Origin: Pseudomonadota bacterium
Lineage (GTDB): Bacteria; Pseudomonadota; Alphaproteobacteria; Sphingomonadales; SMXR01
Length of the DNA: 64,000 nucleotides
Direction of reading: 5' to 3'
Assembly: GCA_022574255.1 (NCBI GenBank)
Contig: JACZSK010000003.1
Span: forward strand, 7,270 to 71,269
In this document: positions 1 to 9,143 of the stretch, in pieces
How positions within the stretch are numbered: position 1 is the first letter of the stretch
How the letters are laid out: each line of letters opens with the position of its first letter
The notes under the pieces: generated by a model
Seen by the model: only the letters and a program-made list of their open reading frames with translations
What the model was told of the DNA's origin: nothing
The model's database searches: none
Program-made: the position numbers and the translations under genes

Positions 1-460
1 CGGGTATGGTCAGCACGCGGGGCAGTACAACGCGTTTGACACCGAAAGAGCGCTGGTAAAAGCGGATGGATTCCGGATTGGACGCCGAGGCCTGAACCGA
101 AAGATGGCGGCGCAGGTTCGGGTGTTTTCGCGTGGCATAATCGGCAAGCCCGATATCGGCAACGATTATGGCGTCGACCCCCAATGCCGCCGCATCGTCG
201 ACGGCGCGGTGCCAGGGACCGGGGTCACCAGCGGCTGGAAAGGTGTTGACCGCAAGAAAGATTTTACAGCCGCGCCCGTGGGCGTAGTCGAGATTCTCTT
301 CAAGCTCGGCCCGGGAAAAATTCAAACCGGGAAAATTCCGCGCATTGGTATCGTCACGAAAGCCCAGATACACGGCATCGGCGCCGCTCGCCACGGCTGC
401 CTTCAGCGAGGCGGGTGTGCCCGCTGGACAGACCAGTTCCATTGCCGCTGCGCCGGTCAT
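1..460 (-). CDS. ubiU: U32-family protein, UbiU/YhbU-type (N-terminal part; the 3' end lies beyond the window start)
   Basis: Open-ended, so absent from the ORF track. My minus-strand translation from ATG 460-458 reads MTGAAAMELVCPAGTPASLKAAVASGADAVYLGFRDDTNARNFPGLNF...LSVQASASNPESIRFYQRSFGVKRVVLPRVL. This closely follows the remembered E. coli YhbU N-terminus (MELLCPAG..LKAA..GADAVY.G..DDTNAR.F.GLNF). It starts 6 nt after the SCP2 gene stop. Confidence 0.65.
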   Translation of the reverse strand, partial: MTGAAAMELVCPAGTPASLKAAVASGADAVYLGFRDDTNARNFPGLNFSRAELEENLDYAHGRGCKIFLAVNTFPAAGDPGPWHRAVDDAAALGVDAIIVADIGLADYATRKHPNLRRHLSVQASASNPESIRFYQRSFGVKRVVLPRVLTIP

Positions 461-465
461 GGGTC

Positions 466-1089
466 TCAATCCTCCATCTTGTTCGGCGGCCGCAAAGCGG
501 GGCCAAGGACAGCCGTATGTAGTGCCGCCAGATCGCGGGCGGCGCGCGCGAGCAGCGAATTCCCCAGCCGGATGGCTTGTCCCGCCGGGCGGGCCAGCGG
601 CCCCAGCACCGACAGCAGATCATCCAGGAGATCGACTTCAACGCTTTCAACGGCGTTACGCAGCGCCACCACGGCGCCGACATCGCCCTCAATCAGCAGC
701 GCGCGCGAGAAAAACAACGCGTCTCCATCCACCCGCCCTTGCAACAGATCGATCAGCGCCATCAGCGGGCCGCGTATGGTGGCCGCCGTGTTCGCGCCAT
801 CGCCGTGCCTCCGCGCAGAGAGCTGCGGATGGTCGGGGTTGAGCGAAAGTACAAAAACCAGCGGCAGATCGACAGGATCGATCAGATAGGTAGGGTCATC
901 CAGCGATGACAGGCGATCGAAGAGGTCAGGATGGCGTCTGCGCATGACGCCCAGCGCAATCGTCAGGCCCGGCTGCAGCCAGTAGGGCGACAACGGCGCG
1001 GCAGCAATCCCGGCCAGCAGTAACGACGGCATCGACAGCAATGTGCCGCCTGCGGAATTATCATTATGGTCTAACTGCAAGGGTGACAC
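466..1089 (-). CDS. ubiT: SCP2 sterol-binding-domain protein, UbiT/YhbT-like ubiquinone biosynthesis accessory factor
   Basis: 207-aa ORF. The segment DGDALFFSRALLIEGDVGAVVALRNAVE matches the SCP2 core of YhbT (DPDTLFFQRRLVIEGDTELGLYVKNLMDAIE). It lies immediately upstream of the ubiU-like gene on the same strand. The track start is GTG; the internal ATG at 1032 is an alternative. Confidence 0.6.
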   Translation of the reverse strand: MSPLQLDHNDNSAGGTLLSMPSLLLAGIAAAPLSPYWLQPGLTIALGVMRRRHPDLFDRLSSLDDPTYLIDPVDLPLVFVLSLNPDHPQLSARRHGDGANTAATIRGPLMALIDLLQGRVDGDALFFSRALLIEGDVGAVVALRNAVESVEVDLLDDLLSVLGPLARPAGQAIRLGNSLLARAARDLAALHTAVLGPALRPPNKMED

Positions 1090-1344
1090 GGCCCAATATT
1101 CCCTGGCCCTATTTTTCCGGTCTGTGGCGAATTACCGGGCAGATAGTATCCGCGCTGGCGGCGTTTGCAGTGGGGCGAAGTGTCGCGGTCCCTGATCCAT
1201 GCAATCCGCCCTACGGGCGATTTCTGATCCGCTCCGTGACAAGGTCCGTATTTTGCCGTATTCGGGGATATTGCCCGTCAAGCGCCGCAGTCAGGTGGCG
1301 CGGGCAGGCCGCTCGGGCAGGCGGCGCGGGGCAAAGGGGGGCAT

Positions 1345-3507
1345 ATGGTTGATACTCATTTCCGCACCTGCAGCCTTTGCGAGGCCATGTGCGGCCTGAA
1401 AATAGAGCATGACGGGGACAGCATACTCTCGGTGAAGGGCGACCCCGACGACCCGCATAGCCGCGGCAATATCTGCCCCAAGGGTGTCGCCATACAGGAT
1501 TTGCACAATGATCCCGACCGGCTGCGCCATCCGGTAAAGCGGCAGGACGGTGCCTGGGTTGAGATAAGCTGGGACGAGGCCCTGGGGGAGACCGCCCGCC
1601 GCCTTGTTGAGGTCCAGAAGCAATATGGCCGCAATGCTGTCGCCAGTTACTGGGGCAATCCGTCGGCCCATAACATGGGCACGGCGCTGATGATCGGCGC
1701 GTTCAATAAAAGCCTGGGCACGCAAAACGTTTTTTCCGCCACTTCGGTCGATCAATTGCCGCATCAGTTCGTGCAGTATTTCATGTATGGCAGCAGTCTT
1801 TTGTTCACCATCCCCGACATCAACCGCACGGATTACATGCTCATGCTGGGGGCCAACCCGGCGGTGTCCAACGGCAGCCTGTGGTCCTGCGGCGATGCCA
1901 CGAAAAAAATGGCCGAGGTGGGCAAACGCGGCGGCAAGATTGTGCTGATCGACCCGCGCCGAACAGAGACCACACGCTATGTGGCCGAGCATCATTTCAT
2001 CACCCCCGGCACCGATGCAGTATTGCTGTTGGCCCTGCTGGGGGTCATTTTCGAGAAGAATCTCGCCGATCCCGGTCGCTTGCAACAGTGGTTGAAGGGA
2101 TGGGAACTTGTCGAGCCGTTGTCAAAAACCTATTCGCTGGACCAGGCGGCGCGCATTACCGGCATCGCCGCCGGCGAAATAGAGCGGATGGCGGTTGAGT
2201 TCGCGTCAGCCGAAGCCGCCGTTTGCTACGGCCGGTTTGGCGTTTCAACCCAGGAATTCGGCGCCCTTTGCCAATGGCTGATACAGGTCATCAATATTGC
2301 CACCGGTAATTTCGACCGGCCGGGGGGCATGATGTTCGCCAAACCCGCGCTTGATCTGGTCAAGACCACCTCCCGGGGCAGCCATAACAAATTTCGCAGC
2401 CGGGTCAGGGGACTCGCCGAATTTGGCCGCGAATTACCCGTCGCCGTGATGGCCGAGGAAATGCTGATCGGGGGCGAAGGCCAGGTAAAGGCGCTGGTGA
2501 CCACTGCCGGCAACCCGGTTTTATCCACGCCCAACGGCAAGCGACTGGACGACGCTCTTCCCAATCTGGAATTCATGGTATCGATCGATTTTTATATCAA
2601 CGAAACGACCTGCCATGCTGACATCATCCTGCCCCCGACCGGGCCGCTCGAGCACGAACATTATGACCTGGTGTTCAATCTATTCGCGGTCAGGGATGTG
2701 GCAAAATTCTCGCCGGCAATGATCGAGCCAGGGCCGGACACCCGCAGTGACTGGCAGATTTACAAGGGCCTGGTGGCGCGCATAAACCGGCTGCGCGGCA
2801 AGAGGCCATCCCTCAAGATGCGCCTGTGGTCGGGGCTGGAGAAGCTGTTTCCTTATCTGGCATCGGTTGAATTCATCCTCGATCTTGGCCTGCGGCTGGG
2901 GCCCTATGGCAAGGGCTTCGTACCTTTCGCGAAAGGGCTCAGCCTTGCCCGGCTGAAACGCCACCGCCACGGCCTTGACCTGGGTGCGCTCAAACCGGCG
3001 CTGCCGGGCAGGCTGTTCACCAGGGACAAGAAAATTGACCTGGCTCCGGCGATCCTGAGTGACGACATTATGCGGCTGAAAGAAAAGTATACTGGCGCTG
3101 AACGGGGCGGCGAAGCAAACGGCGCGCTCTTGCTGATCGGTCGGCGTGACACGCGCACCAATAATTCATGGATGCACAACAGCCTGCGTCTTGTGAAGGG
3201 GAAGAATCGCTGTACTCTGTTAATTCACCCCGAGGATGCTGTGGACCACGCCATTACCGATGGCCAGCCGGTGACCATAACCTCGCGGACCGGGGCAATA
3301 CGCGCGGTCGCCGAAATCACCGACGCAATGAATCGCGGTGTGGTCAGCCTGCCCCATGGCTGGGGGCATCACCGGCCCGGTATATCCATGGAAGTCGCCA
3401 GCGCCCACGCCGGCGTCAGCGCCAACGACATCACCGACGAATTACTGATCGACCGGCTCAGCGGTAACGCATCGGTCAACGGTGTGCCGGTGACCATTGA
3501 AGCGTGA
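1345..3507 (+). CDS. Molybdopterin (bis-MGD) oxidoreductase family protein, cytoplasmic, substrate unknown
   Basis: 720-aa ORF with ATG at 1345 and an AAGGGGGG SD 4 nt upstream. N-terminal 4Fe-4S motif CSLCEAMCG...C. No Tat or Sec signal. C-terminal molybdopterin dinucleotide-binding region (LLIHPEDA...GQPVTITSRTGAI...LPHGWGH). Confidence 0.8.
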   Translation: MVDTHFRTCSLCEAMCGLKIEHDGDSILSVKGDPDDPHSRGNICPKGVAIQDLHNDPDRLRHPVKRQDGAWVEISWDEALGETARRLVEVQKQYGRNAVASYWGNPSAHNMGTALMIGAFNKSLGTQNVFSATSVDQLPHQFVQYFMYGSSLLFTIPDINRTDYMLMLGANPAVSNGSLWSCGDATKKMAEVGKRGGKIVLIDPRRTETTRYVAEHHFITPGTDAVLLLALLGVIFEKNLADPGRLQQWLKGWELVEPLSKTYSLDQAARITGIAAGEIERMAVEFASAEAAVCYGRFGVSTQEFGALCQWLIQVINIATGNFDRPGGMMFAKPALDLVKTTSRGSHNKFRSRVRGLAEFGRELPVAVMAEEMLIGGEGQVKALVTTAGNPVLSTPNGKRLDDALPNLEFMVSIDFYINETTCHADIILPPTGPLEHEHYDLVFNLFAVRDVAKFSPAMIEPGPDTRSDWQIYKGLVARINRLRGKRPSLKMRLWSGLEKLFPYLASVEFILDLGLRLGPYGKGFVPFAKGLSLARLKRHRHGLDLGALKPALPGRLFTRDKKIDLAPAILSDDIMRLKEKYTGAERGGEANGALLLIGRRDTRTNNSWMHNSLRLVKGKNRCTLLIHPEDAVDHAITDGQPVTITSRTGAIRAVAEITDAMNRGVVSLPHGWGHHRPGISMEVASAHAGVSANDITDELLIDRLSGNASVNGVPVTIEA

Positions 3508-3526
3508 TCGAATTGGAGAGGACAGG

Positions 3527-4018
3527 ATGAAAACGGTCAGGCCAACGGACCAGCAACTCACTGCCTTCATGACCGGGGAGCATGACGGCAAGCCGGTGTT
3601 CATGCTCAATATGCTGAAATTCCGCGATGCGGCGGAATATCCGGGGGAGTATCTGGCCGCGCACCCTGAAGCGGCAGACCGCACCGGCCGCGAGGCCTAT
3701 GAGATTTATTCGAAAAGCACCATGCCGTTCCTGTTCGGGGTGGGCGGACAATTGATATGGATGGGTGATGTTGCGTTGTCTCTCATTGGCCCGGGCGACG
3801 AGACCTGGGACCGGATATTCCTGGTCTATTACCCGTCGCGGAACGCACTGAAAAAAATGCTCTCCGATCCCCGTTACCTGGCAACGGGCGTTCACCGCGA
3901 CGCGGCGCTGGAGGATTCCCGCCTGATCGAGACCAAAAAAGTCAGCGTGCCCAGAGTAATGCTGATTGCACTGCGCGCGTTTTTCAGGCTGAAGGCGCTG
4001 TTTTTCGGCAACACCTAG
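3527..4018 (+). CDS. DUF1330 domain-containing protein
   Basis: The track ORF starts at TTG 3497. I prefer ATG 3527 (MKTVRPTDQQL...), preceded by a GGAGAGG SD. The DUF1330-like pattern is PVFMLNMLKFRD...YPSRNALKKMLSDPRY. Confidence 0.65.
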   Translation: MKTVRPTDQQLTAFMTGEHDGKPVFMLNMLKFRDAAEYPGEYLAAHPEAADRTGREAYEIYSKSTMPFLFGVGGQLIWMGDVALSLIGPGDETWDRIFLVYYPSRNALKKMLSDPRYLATGVHRDAALEDSRLIETKKVSVPRVMLIALRAFFRLKALFFGNT

Positions 4019-4514
4019 AGCCTGGGGCCTGGACCCTGGGTTTCTGAGGAAAATTTGTCATTTTGCGCGGCCTTTGGGCTGGGCTGGGCCGCAGTTCGTC
4101 GCGCTCCGGCCCCTAACCGCCAAACCGAAGGTAGCCCGGCGTTAACTCTACGCGTTAACTATGTCGTTTCTTGACCCTTGAAATTAAACGGTTTTTGAAC
4201 CACAATCCGCCCGCATTATTAACCTTTCGGGCGGAGGAGTTTGTGTTCCACTTGTCCTCGTGAGGCGGGAAATATGGTGATGCCGGGCTGTAAGCAAAGG
4301 TATTGGCGCGTTTGCGCTCAGCGCGATGTGACGGAGTAGTATTTAGAATTTGACGGATCGTTAACTTTTCAGGACTTAGGCGCCGCAAAAACCCCAAAAG
4401 AGGGACGCGGTACAGACCTCACGAACCCGACACGGGCGTGATGTAAGAAAAAAAACGCGGAGCTGTGGCCGGGGCCATAGCTGGATGAGTTAGCTAAGGT
4501 GCATTGGGGAAAAC

Positions 4515-4934
4515 ATGCGGTCGAAAACTTATTTTGCGGCGGGGAATCCTGCTGCCGTCGAGGGGTCGTCATCTAATAACATAACAGGGCAAAAACGCCG
4601 CACCATCCGCAGTCCGGTCGATGGTGTGATTACCGCGCGCATGCTGGCGGCGGGCGAGTTCGTATACGAACAGTCCCCCATTCTTGAAATCGCTGAAATT
4701 AACCCGCTGTTTGTCGAGACCTTTCTTCCCATCGATCTGTACCAGCATGTGCGCGGCAAAGAGACCGCGACGGTGGTGCCGGCAGCACCTGTTTCGGGCC
4801 GGTTCGAGGCAAAAATATCGGTGGTGGACCAGGTTTTTGACGCCGCCAGCGGCACCTTTGGCGTGCGCCTGCTTCTCGACAACCCGGATGGGGCGCTTCC
4901 CGCCGGAGTGCCCTGCCGGGTCTATTTCGACTGA
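4515..4934 (+). pseudogene. C-terminal fragment of an HlyD/RND membrane-fusion (periplasmic adaptor) protein
   Basis: From about aa 26 (nt ~4590) the ORF reads like the beta-barrel/C-terminal part of an efflux adaptor (IRSPVDGVITARML..GEFV...LFVETFLP...GRFEAKISVVDQVFDAASGTFGVRLLLDNPDGALPAGVPCRVYF). The N-terminal anchor and coiled-coil hairpin are absent. The upstream ~500 bp is AT-richer non-coding DNA. Confidence 0.5.
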
Positions 4935-4973
4935 CCCCCCTAACTTGACCGCCAAGGAGACCTTCCGGAGGGA

Positions 4974-7900
4974 CTATTCCTCGCCTCTGCCCTCGTTCAG
5001 GCGGAAGAGTTCGGTGTTGCCGCCGATGGCGGCGGTGTTGATGGTCAGCACTTTCTCACTGGCGAAGCGCGGCAGGTAGTGGGGTCCGCCGGCCTTGGGC
5101 CCGGTGCCTGACAGGCCCATGCCGCCAAAGGGCTGCACGCCAACGGTGGCCCCGATCATGTTGCGGTTGACGTAGGTATTGCCGACGGCATTTCGGGCAA
5201 ACAAATCAAGCCAGCGGCCTTCGATGCGGGAATGGATGCCGAAGGTCAGCCCGAAACCGGTCTCGGCAATATCCGCCATCACCCTGTCAATATCACCAGC
5301 CCCATAGCGGATCACATGCAGGATCGGGCCGAATTCTTCGTCCGCCAGCGTTGCCAGCGACGGAATCTCGAAAATATGCGGCGCCAGGAAAGTGCCGTCC
5401 TCCAGGCCCTCGGGCACCTGGCCTTTGGCGATCAGGGTCGCCTCCTTTCCCATGCGCGCGATATGCGCCTCCAGCCCGCTCAGCGCATTGGCGTCAATCA
5501 CCGGGCCAATGTCCGTGGCCAAATCCAGCGGGTTGCCGATGCAGCGCTCAGCCAGCGCACCTTTCAGCATTTCGATCACCTTGTCGGCAATGCTGTTTTG
5601 CAAATAGAGCACGCGCAGCGCCGAGCAGCGCTGTCCCGCGGATGAGAAGGCCGAGGCCATCACATCGTCGCACACCTGCTCTGGCAGCGCCGACGAGTCG
5701 ACGATCATCACGTTCTGTCCGCCGGTTTCCGCGATAAGTGTGTTGATCGGTCCCGATTTTGCCGCCAGGGCCCGGTTGATGGTCTGGGCTGTTCGGGTCG
5801 AACCGGTCAGCGCCACGCCGATGATCCGCTCGTCGGCGACAACAGACGCGCCCATGGTCGACCCGCGGCCAACCAGCAGATGCAGCACGTCGGTGGGCAC
5901 GCCCGCTTCGTGCATCAGGCGAACGGTGTAGGCGCCGACCAGCGGTGTCGGGTCGGCGGGCTTGGCGACCACCGCATTGCCGGCGGCCAGGGCTGCCGCG
6001 ATCTGGCCGGTGAAAATGGCCAGTGGAAAATTCCACGGGGATATGCAGAAAAAGACGCCGCGGCCATGCAGCGAGAGCTGGTTTGATTCGCCGGTGGGGG
6101 AGGCGAGGGTTTTCGGCTCGGCGAAATGAGTGCGCGCCTGCAGGGCATAGTAACGGCAGAAATCCGCCGCCTCGCGCACTTCGGATATGCCGTCGGCGAT
6201 GGTTCGCCCGGCTTCCCGCGCGATCAGGTCCAGCAGCGGCACACGGCTCTCCTCGATCAAATCAGCAAGGCGATCGAGAATGTCTGCCCGCGCCGCGCCA
6301 CCCAACGCGTCCCAGTCTTTCTGGGCGGCGACCGCCGCATCCAGTGCCCGGTCGATATCCGCCTGATCCGCATGGCGGGTGGCGCCGACGGTAACGCTGC
6401 TGTCGGCGGGTGAGGTGACGGGAATCTCTTTGCCGCCGGCGGCTTCGCCAGAGATTATGCAGGGCGCGTCATAGCTGCGCTTCGCCTGTTCGCCAAGGGC
6501 ATTGGCCAATTCCCCGGCCTCCAGCGGATTCGCCAGATCGAGGCCCGCCGAATTTTTGCGGTCGCCATACAGGTCAGCGGGCAGGGGAATATTGCTGTGG
6601 CGTTTCGAGCGCATGGCAGTGACTATTTCAACCGGGTCGCCAACCACCTCTATCACTGGCACCGCGTCGTTCATGAAGCGGTTGACGAAGCTGGAATTGG
6701 CGCCGTTTTCCAACAGGCGGCGCACCAGATAGGGGAGTAAATCCTCGTGGGCGCCGACCGGCGCGTAAGTGCGCAGATTCGGCAGGTCGTCGATCACCAT
6801 GCCCGCCGCCTTGTAAACCAGATCGCCCATGCCGTGGATGCGCTGGAACTCAAATTCGGCGTTCATGTCCCCGGCCATATGGGCGATGGCCGAAAGGGTG
6901 TGGGCATTGTGGGTGGCGAACTGCGGGAAAATGGCATCCTGAGCGCCCAGCATCTTATGGGCAGTGGCGATATAATTGACGTCAGTATTGGCTTTGCGCG
7001 TCCATACCGGATAGTCGGTGAAGCCCAGTTCCTGGGTATGTTTAATCTCGGTGTCCCAATAGGCGCCCTTGACCAGGCGAACCGGAAAACGCCGCCCCGT
7101 TTCACGTCCCAGCGCGATCAGCCAGTCGATCACAGTGGACGCGCGCTTCTGGTAGGCCTGGACGGCTAGGCCCAAACCGGGCCAGTCGCTCAAATCCGGG
7201 TCGCGGGCCAGCGCCTCGAAAAGCGTCAACGACAGGTCCAGCCGGTTGGTTTCCTCGGCGTCGATGGTCAGTTGCATCCGCTGCGCTCTCACGTCGACGG
7301 CCAGCGATTTCAGCCGCGGCAGCAGTTCGCCCATGACGCGGGCGTGGTTTACCTCCTCGTACCGGGGATGCAGCGCCGACAGCTTGATGGATATGGATGA
7401 CCTTGCGTGGATCCCCGCCATCCCCTCTTCCGCTTCGTCCTGGCATGCCGCGCCGACCGCCTGGATGGCGTCGGTGTAAAGTTTGAAATAACGATCGGCC
7501 ATGGCCGCAGTGCGCGCGCCTTCGCCCAGCATGTCGAAGGAAAAAAGCCTGGCCCCGGCATCGCGCCTGGACCGCTTTTTCAGGGCTTCCTCGATGGTGC
7601 GCCCGAAGACGAACTGATGGCCCAGAATACGCATGGCCTGCAGGGTGGCTTCGCGGATGACCGGCTCGCCCAGCTTTGCCACCATGGACTTGGCCCAGCT
7701 GACCGGGTTTTTGGCAATTTTATCATCCAGCTTGATGACCCCGCCGGTCAGCATCAACGCCCAGACCCCGGCGTTGACAAACATGTCGTCCGAGCGGCCG
7801 CGATGCTCCGCCCAGTCGCCGGAGGTTATTTTTTCCGCAATCAGAGCGTCCTGCATCTCGGCGTCGGGTATGCGCAGCAACGCCTCAGCCAGGCACATCA

Positions 7901-8159
7901 GCGCCACACCTTCCTGGTTGGACAGGCCAAACTCCTGCATGAAGGCATCCAGTGTGCCGCGCTCGGCAGACATGTCCCGGGATTTTGTCACGACGGCATG
8001 GGCGGTATCGCCGATTGCGCGCCGCGCCGCCTGGCCCAGTGGGAAACCGGCCAACAGGGCCGCAACAGCCTCATTTTCGTCGGCATGTGTGGCCTGGCGC
8101 AAGGCCCGGCGAATTTCTGAAAGCGATGACATGGCGGCGATTTTCACAAATTTAGACAT
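4974..8159 (-). CDS. putA: Bifunctional proline dehydrogenase / L-glutamate gamma-semialdehyde dehydrogenase PutA
   Basis: ORF of over 1000 aa with a PRODH barrel region (SISIKLSALHPRYE...VRLVKGAYWD) followed by an aldehyde dehydrogenase domain (FTGSTRTAQ..., ETGGQNVMIVD, GQRCSALR). The track start is TTG 8174. I chose ATG 8159 (GAGG about 11 nt upstream); ATG 8132 is also possible. Confidence 0.9.
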   Translation of the reverse strand: MSKFVKIAAMSSLSEIRRALRQATHADENEAVAALLAGFPLGQAARRAIGDTAHAVVTKSRDMSAERGTLDAFMQEFGLSNQEGVALMCLAEALLRIPDAEMQDALIAEKITSGDWAEHRGRSDDMFVNAGVWALMLTGGVIKLDDKIAKNPVSWAKSMVAKLGEPVIREATLQAMRILGHQFVFGRTIEEALKKRSRRDAGARLFSFDMLGEGARTAAMADRYFKLYTDAIQAVGAACQDEAEEGMAGIHARSSISIKLSALHPRYEEVNHARVMGELLPRLKSLAVDVRAQRMQLTIDAEETNRLDLSLTLFEALARDPDLSDWPGLGLAVQAYQKRASTVIDWLIALGRETGRRFPVRLVKGAYWDTEIKHTQELGFTDYPVWTRKANTDVNYIATAHKMLGAQDAIFPQFATHNAHTLSAIAHMAGDMNAEFEFQRIHGMGDLVYKAAGMVIDDLPNLRTYAPVGAHEDLLPYLVRRLLENGANSSFVNRFMNDAVPVIEVVGDPVEIVTAMRSKRHSNIPLPADLYGDRKNSAGLDLANPLEAGELANALGEQAKRSYDAPCIISGEAAGGKEIPVTSPADSSVTVGATRHADQADIDRALDAAVAAQKDWDALGGAARADILDRLADLIEESRVPLLDLIAREAGRTIADGISEVREAADFCRYYALQARTHFAEPKTLASPTGESNQLSLHGRGVFFCISPWNFPLAIFTGQIAAALAAGNAVVAKPADPTPLVGAYTVRLMHEAGVPTDVLHLLVGRGSTMGASVVADERIIGVALTGSTRTAQTINRALAAKSGPINTLIAETGGQNVMIVDSSALPEQVCDDVMASAFSSAGQRCSALRVLYLQNSIADKVIEMLKGALAERCIGNPLDLATDIGPVIDANALSGLEAHIARMGKEATLIAKGQVPEGLEDGTFLAPHIFEIPSLATLADEEFGPILHVIRYGAGDIDRVMADIAETGFGLTFGIHSRIEGRWLDLFARNAVGNTYVNRNMIGATVGVQPFGGMGLSGTGPKAGGPHYLPRFASEKVLTINTAAIGGNTELFRLNEGRGEE

Positions 8160-8327
8160 TCGGGTGAGCCTCAATCATGCGACTGATTACGCTATAAATA
8201 CGGCGTTGTCACATTAAACGGTTTGCATCTGCCGATCATATCAGGCGAATTCGCGACCACGGGTGCGTCAATTTGACATGGACTTTTTCGCAGGATTGGA
8301 GGTCTCCTGATTTGACATGCCCGGGCA

Positions 8328-9074
8328 TTGTTATTATGCGTGAGGGGATGGTGGGCGCCAGACAGGAATAGGGAATTGAGATCGCCGCTGAGAGGCAGGT
8401 TTGGCTGGCTGACAGGTAAATGGACTACCGTTGAAAAACTCGCGCGCTTGCATCCGGCCCCGACGCTGCTGGTAGCCTTTTTGACCGGCATTGTTGTCTG
8501 GGGAGGGTTTAACTGGAGCCTCGATTTAGCCAACACCGAGAAGTTCTGTATTTCCTGCCACGTCATGGAAGTCAATATTTACGACGACTTCAAGAATACC
8601 ATCCATTACTCCAACCGCACTGGCGTTCGCGCCACCTGCCCAGACTGCCATGTGCCCGACTCATGGGTTCACAAGGTCGTGCGTAAGCTGGGTGCGACGA
8701 ATGAGCTTTTCCACTGGGTCGCCGGCTCCATAAATACACGCGAAAAATTCCTGGCCAAGGCGCCCGAACTGGCGGCGCGGGTGTGGAAGTCCATGGAGAA
8801 AACCGACTCCCGGGAATGCCGAAACTGCCATCACATCGATTTCATGAGCGAGGAAACGCAGCAGAAAACCGCCGGCATCATGCATTCCCTGGCCGCCGGT
8901 TGGGGCATGACCTGCATTACCTGCCACAAGGGCATCGCCCACAAGCTGCCAAGAGGATTCGACCAATATGCCTTGATGGATGATCTGCATCTTCGCATGG
9001 AAAACGAAGACATTGACTGCAAGCAGTGCCATGAGGGCATGGCCAAGGCGGACCCCGGCGACGATTGGGACTAA
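8328..9074 (+). CDS. NapC/NirT/TorC-family membrane-anchored multihaem cytochrome c with five CXXCH motifs
   Basis: One N-terminal TM helix (LLVAFLTGIVVWGGFNW), then CISCH, CPDCH, CRNCH, CITCH and a fifth CKQCH (nt 9018-9032). The start is uncertain: track start TTG 8328, with GTG 8340 and TTG 8376 in frame. Confidence 0.8.
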   Translation: MLLCVRGWWAPDRNRELRSPLRGRFGWLTGKWTTVEKLARLHPAPTLLVAFLTGIVVWGGFNWSLDLANTEKFCISCHVMEVNIYDDFKNTIHYSNRTGVRATCPDCHVPDSWVHKVVRKLGATNELFHWVAGSINTREKFLAKAPELAARVWKSMEKTDSRECRNCHHIDFMSEETQQKTAGIMHSLAAGWGMTCITCHKGIAHKLPRGFDQYALMDDLHLRMENEDIDCKQCHEGMAKADPGDDWD

Positions 9075-9143
9075 TTTTGATCTAGGTCAAAAAGGCCCGG
9101 GTCAGATCAGGCAATATCAACGGATGATAAATGGGAGAGCCAG

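Noticed and set aside
1090-1344. FNR/CRP-type boxes (TTGAT-N4-ATCAA) upstream of the cytoplasmic Mo enzyme and of the Nap-like cluster (8175-8327).
   Set aside because: The closest strings (CTGATCCATGCAATCC near 1190; GTCAATTTGAC at 8267) have the wrong spacing or inverted half-site orientation. There is no convincing match.
4155-4572. Small ORFs (80 aa at 4155-4397, 67 aa at 4369-4572, both on the minus strand) and a possible tRNA, tmRNA, SRP or 6S RNA in the AT-rich gap.
   Set aside because: The ORF products are basic and low in complexity, with no SD and no family. I found no T-loop (GTTCRANYC), tag-peptide frame or SRP/RNase P conserved blocks by eye. An RNA cannot be excluded without covariance models.
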